A DNA stretch of 64,000 bases, from contig JANJGN010000021.1 in NCBI GenBank assembly GCA_026770705.1, positions 88,908,001 through 88,972,000 of the forward strand, read 5' to 3'. The notes under the pieces were generated by a model that saw only the letters and a program-made list of their open reading frames with translations, was not told the DNA's origin and ran no database searches. Positions within the stretch are counted from its first letter, which is position 1, and each line of letters begins with the position of its first letter. Source of the stretch: Isurus oxyrinchus. Lineage: Eukaryota. Shown one piece after another: positions 1 through 11,345 of this stretch. The translations under genes were made by a program, and so were the position numbers.

Positions 1-479
1 TTATTTATTCTTTCTCATAATGTGGGCGTCGCTGGCTAGGCCAGCGACTGTTGAGCACCCCTCATTTCCCCTGAGAAGGTGGTGGTGAGCTGCCTTCTTG
101 ATCCACTGCAGTCCACATGGTGTAGGTACATCCACAGTGCTGTTAGGAGGGAGTTGAAGGATTTTGACCCAGTGACAGTGAAGGAACAGCGATACAATTG
201 CAAGTCAGGATAGTGGCTGGCTTAGAGGGGAGTTTGCAGGCCATGCTTGTAGGCCAGGGAATTCCTCATCTCTATTTAAATGGGAGACGCCTTATTTTGA
301 AACTGTGCCCCCAGTTCTAGATTCTAAAGTAAGAGTAACATCCTCTCAGCCTCTACCCCATCAATTCACCTCAGAGTCTTAAAGGTTTCAATAAGATGGT
401 CTCCCTAACAATTATCATGGTGCCTTAAGAGTACTTACACTATTGATCATTGGCCTTAACTTTCTGTAGTGAGTTCAAT

Positions 480-1497
480 TTTTCTTTTATTCATTCATGG
501 TATGTGGGCTTCGCTGGCTGGACCAGCATTTATTGCCCATCCCTAGTTGCCCTTGAGAAGGTGGTGGTGAGCTGCCTTCTTGAACTGCTGCAGTCCATGT
601 GGTGTAGGTACACCCACAGTGCTGTTAGGGAAGGAGTTCAGGATTTTGATCCAGCGTTAGTGAAGGAACAGCGATGTGTTTCCAAGTCAGGATGGTGAGT
701 GACTTGGAGGGGAACTTCCTGGTAGTGATGTTGCCATCCATCTCCTGCCCTTGTCCTTCTAGATGGTAATGGTCATGGGTTTGGAAGTTTCTGTCTAAGG
801 AGCCTTGGTGAATTCCTGCAGTGCATCTTGTAGATGGTACACACTGCTGCTACTCTATGTTCGTGGTGGAGGGAATGAATGTTTGTGGATGGGATGCCAA
901 TCAAGTGGGCTGCTTTGTACTGGATGGTGTCAAGCTTCTTGAGTGTTGTGGGAGCTGCACTCATCCAGGCGAGTGGAGAGTATTCCATCACACTAATGGC
1001 TTGTGCCTTGTCGATAATGGACAGGCTTTGGGGAGTCAGAAGGTGGGTTACTCATCGCAGGATTCCTCGTCTCTGACCTGCTGTTGTAGCCACAGTTTGT
1101 ATGGCTAGTCCAGTTCAATTTCTGTTCAATGGTAACCTCCAGGATGTTAATAGTGGGCGATTCAGTGATGGTAATGCCATTGAACATCAAGCGGCAAGGG
1201 TTGATTTCTTTCTTGTTGGAGATGGTCAGTGCCTGACACTTGTGTGGCACGAATGTAACTTGCAACTTGTCACCACAAGCCTGGATATTATCCAGGTCTT
1301 GCTGCATTTGGATATGGACTCCTTCAGTAACTGTCGTGTCACGAATGGTGCTAAACATTGTGCAATTATCAGTGAACATCCCGACTTCTGACCTTATGAT
1401 GGAAGGAAGGTTATTGATGAAGCAGCTGAAGATGGTTGGGCCGAGAACACTACCCTGAGGAACTCCTGCATTGATGTCCTGGAGCTGAGATGATTGA
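480..1497 (-). mobile_element. 5'-truncated non-LTR retrotransposon of the CR1/L2 superclade (same family at 1-242, 16536-16680, 29085-29620, 42660-42868 plus 46453-46650, 56360-56580)
   Basis: RT C-terminal ORFs 993..1379 and 773..991 (MEYSPLAW...LDTIQYKAAHLIG). Shared 3' tail GGGCAATAAATGCTGGCC...CCCACATCCCATGAATGA. Confidence 0.85.
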
Positions 1498-3428
1498 TTA
1501 ATTAATGTGCAAAAGCAGCAATTTCACGAAGCTCATGGTGAAGTTAAATGTGCGGTGCTGTTTTCACAAGGAATGGACATAATCAACACAACAAAAATGC
1601 TGTGCATTATGCACACACCATTACTTTTCCAGCATAATATGAGTTATCAACTGTTCTATTTCCCCCTCAGATGCAGACCTACTGCTGAGCATTTACTGCT
1701 TTTGTTTCAGATTTCCAGCATTTGCTTCTTGTTTCTTTCCCAATTGTTTATTAACTCTTTTAGAGTCAACCAAATGAAGTAAATCAACAAAATGAGGGAT
1801 AAAGTAAACACAGCCCCTAAATTCAGATAGCTGTAAAACCAAAAGCAAGGTTTAAGGAAAACTTACAATCATTTATTCCCCTGACATTGTTTGGTATGGT
1901 GTCAATAAGTGTTCTTCCCTTTTGTGACTTGGGCCTATTTGTCCTCAGGAGCTGCAGCAGGGAGCTTTTTGGGCCACACATAGGACAGAATTTTATGGTC
2001 CTCTGCTGGCCATTCTGCAGGGGAGGGGTGTCCTTAAAAATTCCCAGCTGGCCTTCCCCATCCCCGCTCCCAATCTGCCTGAAGTTTTATGGGGAGGCAG
2101 GTGAGGCCTAGGTCGACCTGTCTGCCTTCACCCTAATTGAAGCCCTTAAGTGGCTAATTAAGGCCTGCTTCCGCAATTTTGAAGCTGACAGGAAGAGTCA
2201 GGGACATTCTCCTCCCCAGGACCTCTCCACCTTTCCCCAGTTTCTGCAGTGGCCACTGCTCCCGGTGGCGCTGCTGGGATGACAGAGGTAGTTGCAAGTG
2301 TGAGGGGCGGAAGTCCCACCCAGAAGGAAAAAACTGTAAAAGAGTGGGAAATAAGAATACTGGTCCCAACTGTTTTTTCCTTCTGGGCCTCTCGAGCAAG
2401 GCTGCTGACATCAGCGGAGATGTGTTCCCCAGTAACTTTCTCGGTGGCGGGGCCCTGCTACCTGAAAATTCCTGCCTCTAGAATTTAGATCAATTGACAG
2501 ATTCAAACACATTCAAAGCAAACAGATCTTGTCCTTTTGCCTTCCACTGAAGGGAGAATTGTTTTTTCTGAACCTCCAAGCCCACAATCATTACATGAAA
2601 AGTGGCAAATGGCACTTCAGATGGCATCCAAGTGGCAGGATGGACTGGGTGTACAGGGGGAAGATGAGGCATGGGATGGACAAAATGAACAAACAGGAGG
2701 TTCCAGGACAGAGTGGGTGTGCAGAGGTGGTTCCCGGGTTGTGAGATGGACTAAATATATAGAATCATGGAAAGGTCACAGCACAGGAGGAGGTCATTCA
2801 GCCCAATGTCACTCAGCAGGGACAACTCAGTCAGTCCCGCTCCCCCACACTTTCCCCAAGAGCCCTGCAGATTTTACTTTCTACGCAGGTGCTCATCCAC
2901 AATTTTGAAAGCCACATACCAGAATCCGACGCTACACTCCGGCATAAATCGCCTATGATTTTCTGAAACATTATTCTGCAGGCTCCACGTTTTACAGGCA
3001 TCCAGCATTCTTCTTCCAGCCTCACGCTGAACCTTACATAGGTGGCTTGTGGTGCAGTGTGGGTGGGGGGGGGGTGGGGGGGGGGGGGGGGGGGGGCGTG
3101 GGGTGGGGGGTGCGGTGGAGAGAGGGATGGAGCTGGCCCTGCTATCTTTCACATAGAATTACTTGCATACAACCTTACAGTGCAGAAACAGGCTTTTCCA
3201 CCACACTGTTTATGGTCTAAGCGAGCTTCCTCCTATCTCTACTCTGCCTTAGTCTATCAGCATATCCTTCTATTCCCTTCTGTTTCATTTGTTTATCTAG
3301 CTTTCCTAGAAGTACATCTCTCCTATCTGCCTCAACCAATCCATATGGTAGCAACTTCTGCATTCTCACTGCCATCTGATAAGGAAGTTTCTCCTGTATC
3401 CCTTATTGGGTTTTATTTATTATTATAA

Positions 3429-4012
3429 GAACATAAGAAATAGGAGCAGGAATAGGCCATTCGGCCCCTCAAGTCTGCTCCGCCATTCAATAAGGTCATG
3501 GCTGATCTGCCCCAGGCCTCAACTCCTCTTTTGTTCCAGCCTCCTCCTCATAGCCCTCAACTCCCTGATACTTCAAAACTCTAAATACCTCCTCTTTAAA
3601 TACTTTCATTGATCTAGCCTCCACAACTCTGTGGGGTGGAGAATTCCAGACATTCACTGCCCGCTGAGAGCAGAAATTCCTTCGCATCTCAGTTTTGATT
3701 CCCCCCACTAGCAGAAACATCTTCTCCACACCTCCCCTGTCAAGCCCCCTCACTATTACATAGAAACTAGGAGCAGGAGTAGACCATTCGGCCCTTCGAG
3801 CCTGCTCCGCCATTCATTATGATCATGGCTGATCATCCAACTCAATAGCCTGCTCCCGATTTCTCCCCATATCCTTGGATCCCTTTCGCCCCCAAGAGTC
3901 ATATCTAACTCCTTCTTGAAAACATACAATGTTTTGGTCTCAACTACTTTCTGTGGTAGCGAATTCCACAGGCTCACCACCCTCTGGGTGAAGAAATTTC
4001 TCCTCATCTCAG
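3429..4012 (-). mobile_element. Two tandem CR1 3' ends (other CR1 3' fragments near 255-400, 5255-5435, 30230-30480, 40850-41250, 57240-57450)
   Basis: MRRNFFTQRVVSLWNSLP C-terminus and a 3' UTR shared with 17265-17435 and 42869-43120. Confidence 0.85.
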
Positions 4013-4482
4013 TTTAGTATACAGTTATATTGTTATATTCAACTCTGGGTCAATTCATAAAAATAAGAAATCCTGAGGGGGTATAAGGGTAGCAGATGTA
4101 ATATCGCCCATTTCATACTGTATCCAAAAGGTACATTCCCCCCAAGCCCCGCCATTGAAATTGAACATTACTAAAATTTGCTACAATTTTCCACATCAAA
4201 AGGGAATACAGTAGTAGTGGGATTTGTTACAATTTTAGAAAATAAAATGACTGCATGAAAGACTGAGCCGCCGTGACTGTAAACTTTGGTATACTGAATG
4301 TATCTGTTGATTTAACCTGTTTGAAAACCAGAGACGGCCTCGCATCACTTTAAGTGCAGCTACTGGGAGCTCAGGAACATCCTGCGTCAGAAACTCCTGC
4401 TCTTTCTGCCAACTGAACTGCGATCAAGTCTGCAGACAGTGTACAACGAAAGCCGACAGTCCATGTTACATCGCTCCGGATT

Positions 4483-4721
4483 TTTATTCCCACTGGTCAA
4501 TGGGGAGGGAGGCAGCTGACTTGCTGTCACCTGATCATCGTGCAAAGCAGAGGCCTACCCCCAGTATTGGCAGGATCATGGCCAAAGGGGTCCCAACACG
4601 GTGGGGCCTTTCTGAGGAGCCTCAAGGCTCAGTGCTATTAACACATGAATGTGCTCCATGGGCAGCAGGGATCCTTTCACTGGATCTTCTCAGGATCCCT
4701 GATTGCATTCGGTACTTTATT
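4483..4721 (-). terminator. Candidate polyadenylation signals (AATAAA on minus strand at 4721-4716 and 4488-4483)
   Basis: TTTATT on the plus strand about 170 and 400 nt past the stop codon. Usage cannot be shown from sequence. Confidence 0.35.
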
Positions 4722-4889
4722 GCACATCAGTGTGTCCCAAAAAAGGCCTTTCACTGGATCTGCATAAGGCCCTGTAAAGCTGCATTGGCTTCATGGCCAT
4801 TAATGTCACCCCACAGCCGACTGTCCATCTCTTCCTGTCGAGCATGGATGTCGATCCAGTTCCCTTTCAAACCCTGAAACTCAGGCCCT

Positions 4890-5036
4890 TCAGCTGCAGT
4901 CCGCTTTCTGCGCAAAAGCATATACGGTCTCTTGAGGTTGCTCTTGTGTGAGAGGTCCTGGAGCCAGTGGGTTTCTTGGCTCAGTCCAATGTAGAAGGGA
5001 GTATACGGGCTCACTGTTCGATGTCGGTTCCTCATT
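4890..5036 (-). CDS. Single-IgV receptor gene, exon 5 (last coding): tail with two tyrosine motifs (NEEPTSNSEPVYSLLHWTEPRNPLAPGPLTQEQPQETVYAFAQKADCS*)
   Basis: Acceptor TCTTTTCTGTTCTGTGCAG, phase 0, 48 codons then TGA at 4892-4890. Contains YxxL and TxY motifs typical of immunoreceptor tails. Confidence 0.87.
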   Translation of the reverse strand, partial: NEEPTSNSEPVYSLLHWTEPRNPLAPGPLTQEQPQETVYAFAQKADCS

Positions 5037-6129
5037 CTGCACAGAACAGAAAAGACTAGCTTTCAACAAATGTGAAAAATTTTAAAAAGCTGAGAAAGAA
5101 AACCATTGAAAATACACAACGGGCCAGTCAGCATCTACAGGAAGAAAGAGAGCTCCCTATTTAAGTTAATGTTTTCTCTTTCAGAAACTCTAATGTGGAA
5201 ACCTTTACGATGAGCATATGTGAAATGGCACAGCCTTTGGCTGCCTGTGCCTGTAAGGAACATTTGGGTCAGCACAAGGCCATTCAGCCCCAGGGTCTGC
5301 TCTCCCATTCAGTGAGATGGCTAATCTGTACTTCAACTCCATTTACCTGCCTTTGCTCCATATTCCTCCATAACCTTACACAACAAAGATCCCTCCATCT
5401 CAGTCTTGAAAACCCCAATTGACCTCAGCATCCTGTTTTACAAAGACTTTGGCTGAGATAAATATTGGCCAGGTCACTGGGTAGAACTGCCCTGCTCTTT
5501 TTCAAAGTAGTGCTATTGTAAAACAGGTTACTTGCTCATTATCATATTGAAGCTTGCTTTGCATCAATTGGTTGCTGCGTTTCCTACATTACAACAGTGA
5601 ACATACTGTAACTCCTGACACTGCTTGAAAGTCTTATTTGCACCTGCACAAAGAAGGTGGTGATATCATCAAATAGTATCAGAGTTACAAGCTCATTCTC
5701 AATAGGGATCAGTTAACAGAAACATTTGCTATTCAAAGCTTTCTGTCAGAACAAAGACCATTAGGCAGCTTCCATGATGAGACAGTGCGGGGGAAGCTCA
5801 CGTCACACCTCCAAAAGTAACGCAGGAGATTCTTCAAGCAACTGCAATAGCCTGCTGAAAGCAGATATAGGGAGTCGGAATAAGGATCTGCAATTGGAGA
5901 TAGAGCGAGATTTTTTTTTAGTTAGAGAAATTGAAAGTCTAAGAGGGAGTTGAGGTCTGTCCTTGCCGGCACCAGTTTCAAGATTAATTTGGTTTCATTC
6001 CAAAATTTGTTTGCTATTGGTTTTTAAATAGCTTCCTTACTTCATTATTTATTTTTAAATGTAATTCCAGTGCACTTTTATGTCTTCCAGTAGTGCCATT
6101 CAGAATCACTGAATTAGAAATCCAGAGAC

Positions 6130-6224
6130 AAAAACACCTGGAAAAACTCAGCAGGTGCTGAGTTTTTCCAGGTATTTTTGTTTTTGTTTCTGATTTCCAT
6201 CATCCGCAGTATTTTGCTTTTATT
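6130..6224. mobile_element. Short fold-back Penelope-derived insertion inside a SINE
   Basis: Hairpin CCTGGAAAAACTCAGCA-GG-TGCTGAGTTTTTCCAGG. 16-bp TSD TTAG(A/T)AATCCAGAGAC at 6114-6129 and 6225-6240. Confidence 0.75.
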
Positions 6225-6466
6225 TTAGTAATCCAGAGACTCTGGCTAATAATCTCAGGGCACTGGTTCAATTCCTGCCACATTAGCTGGTGAAATTTAA
6301 ATTCAGTTTATTAATAAATTATTCAGGCAGCCTTTGTTCCCTCTCTGAGAGATAGATGGATGTAATATTAAGAAACCAATACCTTCAAGAGAAAATTGTA
6401 TAAAATTGACAAGCAAAACAAATTTTGCAAAAAGTAAATATTCGTGATGCATCAGATCTAATACTG

Positions 6467-7371
6467 TGTTACAAAAGTATAATAATTTTCATAATATTAT
6501 GCTGGTTTATTATAAAGTAGGTTATGGGTGTGAGTGTAGATGGTTCTGTCTGTGTGAGTTAATTACTTTGGAGTCTGGTAGATTGCAAGCTTGAAATTAT
6601 CTAAAGAAGTTAGGTGTAGAAGTGCACTTGAAATGCTGATGAGTAAACATGGATGCTGTCTTAGCAAATAAGGTGTGGTGGAAGTTTCCATCTTTAGACA
6701 AGTGAAGGAGTTGTTTGGATTTCAAAAGGATATTAGGATGTTTACAACTTGCCAGATAAGCAAGGCCAAGCTGTGTGTTTATTTTTCCCAAAGGTTACTG
6801 ACAATATTGGCAACATGAAAGTTTTTATACTATGGGAACAGTGCATTTCCAAAGACATATGGAACAAAGGAATTTACAGATTTGAGAGAGAGAAACATAT
6901 GTAAAAGAGGATGAAAGGCTATGTTGTGGGGGGTGGCATGTAAGATCTATCAGGAATATGTGAAACAGCCTTTGGGAAGCCTCCTGCTATTTATGCCAGT
7001 AAAGTTGGAGAAAAGCCTTTAGGAATTCCACTGTCAAGTGGATACTGTGGTAACTTGCTGGCTTGCTCTTTAAACTTAAAATCTATTTTTGACTGTTGCC
7101 TTAAAGAGGGTGTGTAATTGGGAGTCAGGTTAGTTAGGAACTTTAGGATGTGTTATAGTATTAACTAATTGTAGTCTTATGCATGTGCTTAAAATCTTTT
7201 CTTTTGTTAATAAATACTTTAATTTTTAAATCTCTGAAGGTGGACTCAGTACTTCTGAATTCAGTGCACACATCTCATAATAAGTGCAAATTGCAAAACT
7301 GTTGTGACAGCGGGCCACGTTTCCTTGTGGATTTGGTCCACCTGGCACACAGCACCTGCCACGTCATAACA
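6467..7371 (+). mobile_element. Solo LTR in intron 4 of the receptor gene
   Basis: TGTTA...TAACA termini, flanks ACTG/TCTG (4-bp TSD, one mismatch), AATAAA near 7209, about 905 bp. Confidence 0.6.
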
Positions 7372-7457
7372 TCTGTGACGACAATCGGCAAAATTTATGT
7401 TGCCTATTTTTTTTTTTGGTAAGAATCTCGACTCATGATAACCCATTCCCTTCTTAC

Positions 7458-7537
7458 CTCAGCCAAGTCCTGCATCCTTCCTGCAATAGGCTGAACAGAT
7501 GTTTCCATGAGAACTGAATCCTGTTGTGGCTGATGAC
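7458..7537 (-). CDS. Single-IgV receptor gene, exon 4: proximal cytoplasmic tail (GHQPQQDSVLMETSVQPIAGRMQDLAE)
   Basis: Acceptor TGTTTTACTTCAG, donor GAG|GTAAG, 80 nt, phase 1-0, open frame, lies in non-repetitive sequence. Confidence 0.85.
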
Positions 7538-8734
7538 CTGAAGTAAAACATTCACACAGGAACAGAATTGCTTGTATCATGTGTGAATAATTAAATGTAG
7601 TGTTATTTAAAACATGATAAAAACACCTCTACCTAAAGAGACAGCAGAAAGAACTTATTAATGCTTTTTCATTGGTCACCACAAGCTCCAATTTTGTATT
7701 TAGTAATTCGACTTATTCTAATTTCATCACCATGGAGATCAATAGTTAGCAACTGCTGGTAATGGCACAAATAAATGTTCCATGTCCAGTAGTCATTCAA
7801 ATCAATGGTTTGCATTCTATTTGTCATTTCAAACAGTAGTTCACATCCAATAATTGTGCAAATCAATCATTTACGTCCAGTAGTCATGTAAATCAATGGT
7901 TCATACCTATTTTGCTTGAAGGTTAAAGTCTCTCCTGGACTAACAGATAGAAAACTATCTTACCATAAAAGTGTTCATTCCCCTAGTATCGGAAACAATC
8001 ATTTCAAGGCTTATTTCTTTACAACTCACTCCCACTACTGATAAACCTGAGCTACAACCCATCAGCCTATCACTGAATGTCATCTCACACCAAAGTATAT
8101 CAGATGGTAAAATGACATAGACTGCAAACTACAATGGTAGCTAACGTGTAATAGATCTGCGTACACGTATCTGGTCCCTGCATTCACCATTCAACATCAA
8201 TCTACTCTCGGGCCATCATCCGAACCCTTCCTCCTTTCTCTATAGGTGTCATTTTGGAAAGAGAGGCCTCAATCCTGCCTCGAGACACTCAGAGTTAAAT
8301 GGGGTGGGGAGAAGCGTATACAGAGGAACACATATCAGGTAATCATCTGAAGTTGGAGTGGAAGATAGGGGGATGATGTGGGCAGTACAAAAATTGAGAG
8401 TCCCTCATTACTCACCCAATGAGCTGAGTACCTTTTCCAGAATGATAGTTTAGCAGTTGGCTCATTCAGTGACCTGACTAAAGGTCATACTTTAAACTGA
8501 TTTGAGACTAACTGCCCAGTATAAACCCGGTCCGATTTTCCTTAACATTGAACTCAGTAAAAGTGAGGATTGGGCAGCTGGTCATTTCAAAATGACACAT
8601 CTTAGTCTTTCATCCATAGTTAAAATTTACCACCTATTAAACTAACTGGAGCCATGATCAGGCCTTTTCACCTTTCCTGTTTGCTAATAGTCATACACTG
8701 TTGTAAATTCTGATCAGCAAGAGTAGCCACATAC

Positions 8735-8893
8735 CTCTGTATTGCTTGATCATTAACAAGTACAAGCAGGTGAGAATGATGAGAATAATGGGACACACAA
8801 CAGAGACACTGATATATATATATATATCCGGACTCTTCTGCGTAGAGTTTGTCTGCGTTGACTCTGGAGTACTTGGGGCAGGAGTCTCACTCT
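8735..8893 (-). CDS. Single-IgV receptor gene, exon 3: P/S/T stalk and TM helix (ESETPAPSTPESTQTNSTQKSPDIYIYISVSVVCPIILIILTCLYLLMIKQYR)
   Basis: Acceptor TGTTTTGTTACAG, donor G|GTATG, 159 nt, phase 1-1, open frame. About 26 hydrophobic residues followed by the basic stop-transfer KQYR. Confidence 0.9.
8812..8827. repeat. (AT)8 microsatellite inside coding exon 3
   Basis: ATATATATATATATAT within the codons for DIYIYI at the TM start. Confidence 0.9.
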
Positions 8894-10054
8894 CTGTAAC
8901 AAAACATTTAGGTTATTGGAATAATGGGGGCCAAAAAAGCCAGACTTTAAGTAGAAATTGCTATTGGTCTAATAATTGGCAATGGCATTATTTACAGTCA
9001 AAGCTAATTAACATTGGAAAATTGGAGTTAGTCTGCTTAAATAAATACGAAATAAATAAATATCATATTAAATAAATAAATAAACTGAACATGGGCAGTG
9101 ATGCAAAATGGGCAGAATCTCATTAGGCACTCATTATATGGCCTTTCTCCGTATTCAGTACTATTGCCTTCAATTGCACCCCCTCCAGTGCCTTGATATC
9201 CTATTTTACGAAGTGTTTGCAGTTCTTCAAGTCAAGATTCTATACAAGTTTAACATAAATTCTCTGCTTTTCAATTATATCCGCCACCCCACCCCAGGGC
9301 TGTATTTGCTTTTTTAAAACCTTATTAAACTGTGCCATGAGCCCGAGTAACCTATGTATCTGTACTCAAAGCCCATCTATTCCTTCACCCCATTTGGACA
9401 ATTATTTTCCAAGCAGCAGGTGTTTTCCTTAATATTAATAACACTCCCACAAGGTGGCATCTGTTACCTATGCTGAAGTTTATTTGCGCATTATACACAC
9501 ATTCTGCAAGTGTTCATTAGTGTCTTCCTGTATTTACTTAGTGTTCCCTGTATTAACAGGAGAACAGCAGGTGGTCCAAAAGCACAACAGAAATACAGAA
9601 GTGACAGATGGAGAGAGACAGTTAGACCTGTCAGAGCACCACAAGTTCCGACAAGACAGTGGAGATAAAACGGTGGCAGAGAGAAAGCGAGCACTAAGGG
9701 AACAGTGAAACATCTGAAACACAGTGGGCATAAAACAGTGGCAAAGAGAGGGAGGGGGGGAGAGAGAGAAAAAAAAGCACTGCGTAAACAGTCGGAAGTC
9801 TGAGAGCAGGGATAAAGCAGCAGCAGTGGAAAGCGAGAACATTGCGAGAATAGCAGGACGTGCAAGACAACAGCAGGGATAAAACAGTGCCAGAGAAAGG
9901 GAGCACTGTGAGAACAGTGGGAGGCCACAGGACAGCAAGTGGGTAATTGGTTGGTGAACTCTTAAGTTCTTTTTCTGTAACTGAGCAGTGGCTTAAACGA
10001 GGACAGGAAAACTACAAAGTGCTGTATTAAATTTAAACACTGTATTAAATACTG

Positions 10055-11345
10055 ACATGTCCTCCTTCTTCCTTAACCGAGGTTTTCCACCCACAGTCGT
10101 TGACAGGGCCCTCAACCGTGTCCGGCCCATCTCCTGCGCATCCGCCCTCACGCCTTCTCCTCCCTCCCAGAAACATGATAGGGTCCCCCTTGTCCTCACT
10201 TATCACCCCACCAGCCTCCGCATTCAAAGGATCATCCTCCGCTATTTCCGCCAACTCCAGCATGATGCCACCACCAAACACATCTTCCCTTCACCCCCCT
10301 TATCGGCATTCCGTAGGGATCGCTCCCTCCGGGCCACCCTGGTCCACTCCTCCATTAACCCCTACTCCTCAACCCCCTCCTATGGCACCACCCCATGCCC
10401 ACGCAAAAGATGCAACACCTGCCCCTTCACTTCCTCTCTCCTCACCGTCCAAGGGCCCAAACATTCCTTTCAAGTGAAGCAGCATTTCACTTGCATTTCC
10501 CCCAACTTAGTCTACTGCATTCGTTGCTCCCAATGTGGTCTCCTCTACATTGGAGAGACCAAACGTAAACTGGGCGACAGCTTTGCAGAACACCTGCGGT
10601 CTGTCCGCAAGAATGACCCAAACCTCCCTGTCGCTTGCCATTTTAACACTCCACCCTGCTCTCTTGCCCACATGTCTGTCCTTGGCTTGCTGCATTGTTC
10701 CAGTGAAGCCCAACGCAAACTGGAGGAACAACACCTCATCTTCCGACTAGGCACCTTACAGCCTTCCGGTCTGAATATTGAATTCAACAACTTTAGGTCG
10801 TGAGCTCCCTCCCCCATCCCCACCCCCTTTCTGTTTCCCCCCTTTTCCCTTTTTTTTCCCTATAAATTATATAGATTTTTCTTTTCCCACCTATTTCCAT
10901 TATTTTTAAATATTTTAAAATCTTTTATGTTCCCCCCACCCCCACTAGAGCTGTACCTTGAGTGCCCTACCATCCATTCTTAATTAGCACATTCGTTTAG
11001 ATAATATCACCAACTTTAACTTTAACACCTATGTGTTCTTTTGTACCATTGTCGCTGACATCTTTTGATGATCTGCTTCTATCACTGCTTGTTTGTCTAC
11101 ACAAGCACCTCTGTCTCTCTCTCTCTCTCCGCCCCCCCCCCCCCCCCCCCCCCCCGCCCCCACATCTCTCTCTCTCTCTATCTCTCCGCCCCCCACACAC
11201 ACACCTTAAACCAGCTTATATTTCAACTCTTTCTTGGACTCGAAATCAAGTTCTGTCGAAGGGTCATGAGGACTCGAAACGTCAACTCTTTTCTTCTCCG
11301 CCGATGCTGCCAGACCTGCTGAGTTTTTCCAGGTAATTCTGTTTT
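10055..11345 (+). mobile_element. Penelope-like retroelement, 5'-truncated, with open C-terminal GIY-YIG endonuclease ORF (10057..10803)
   Basis: NLVYCIRCSQCGLLYIGETKRKLGDSFAEH matches the Penelope GIY-YIG. 14-bp TSD TGTATTAAATACTG at 10041-10054 and 11346-11359. Confidence 0.92.
11249..11287 (+). ncRNA. Minimal type I hammerhead ribozyme motif in the Penelope terminal repeat
   Basis: AGUU-CUGUCGA-A-GGGUC(AUGAG)GACUC-GAAA-C-GUC-AACU: stem I AGUU/AACU, stem II, GUC triplet, loop-less palindromic stem III. Core is the variant CUGUCGA rather than CUGANGA. Confidence 0.6.

Noticed and set aside
4751-5035. 94-aa ORF as a separate gene
   Set aside because: Alternative frame of exon 5. The phase-0 frame carrying the tyrosine motifs fits the splice phase.
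9560-9940. Spaced CAGTG repeats as a CRISPR-like array, or Cys/Leu-rich ORFs
   Set aside because: Eukaryotic context and irregular degenerate units. Better explained as a repetitive LINE 5' UTR.
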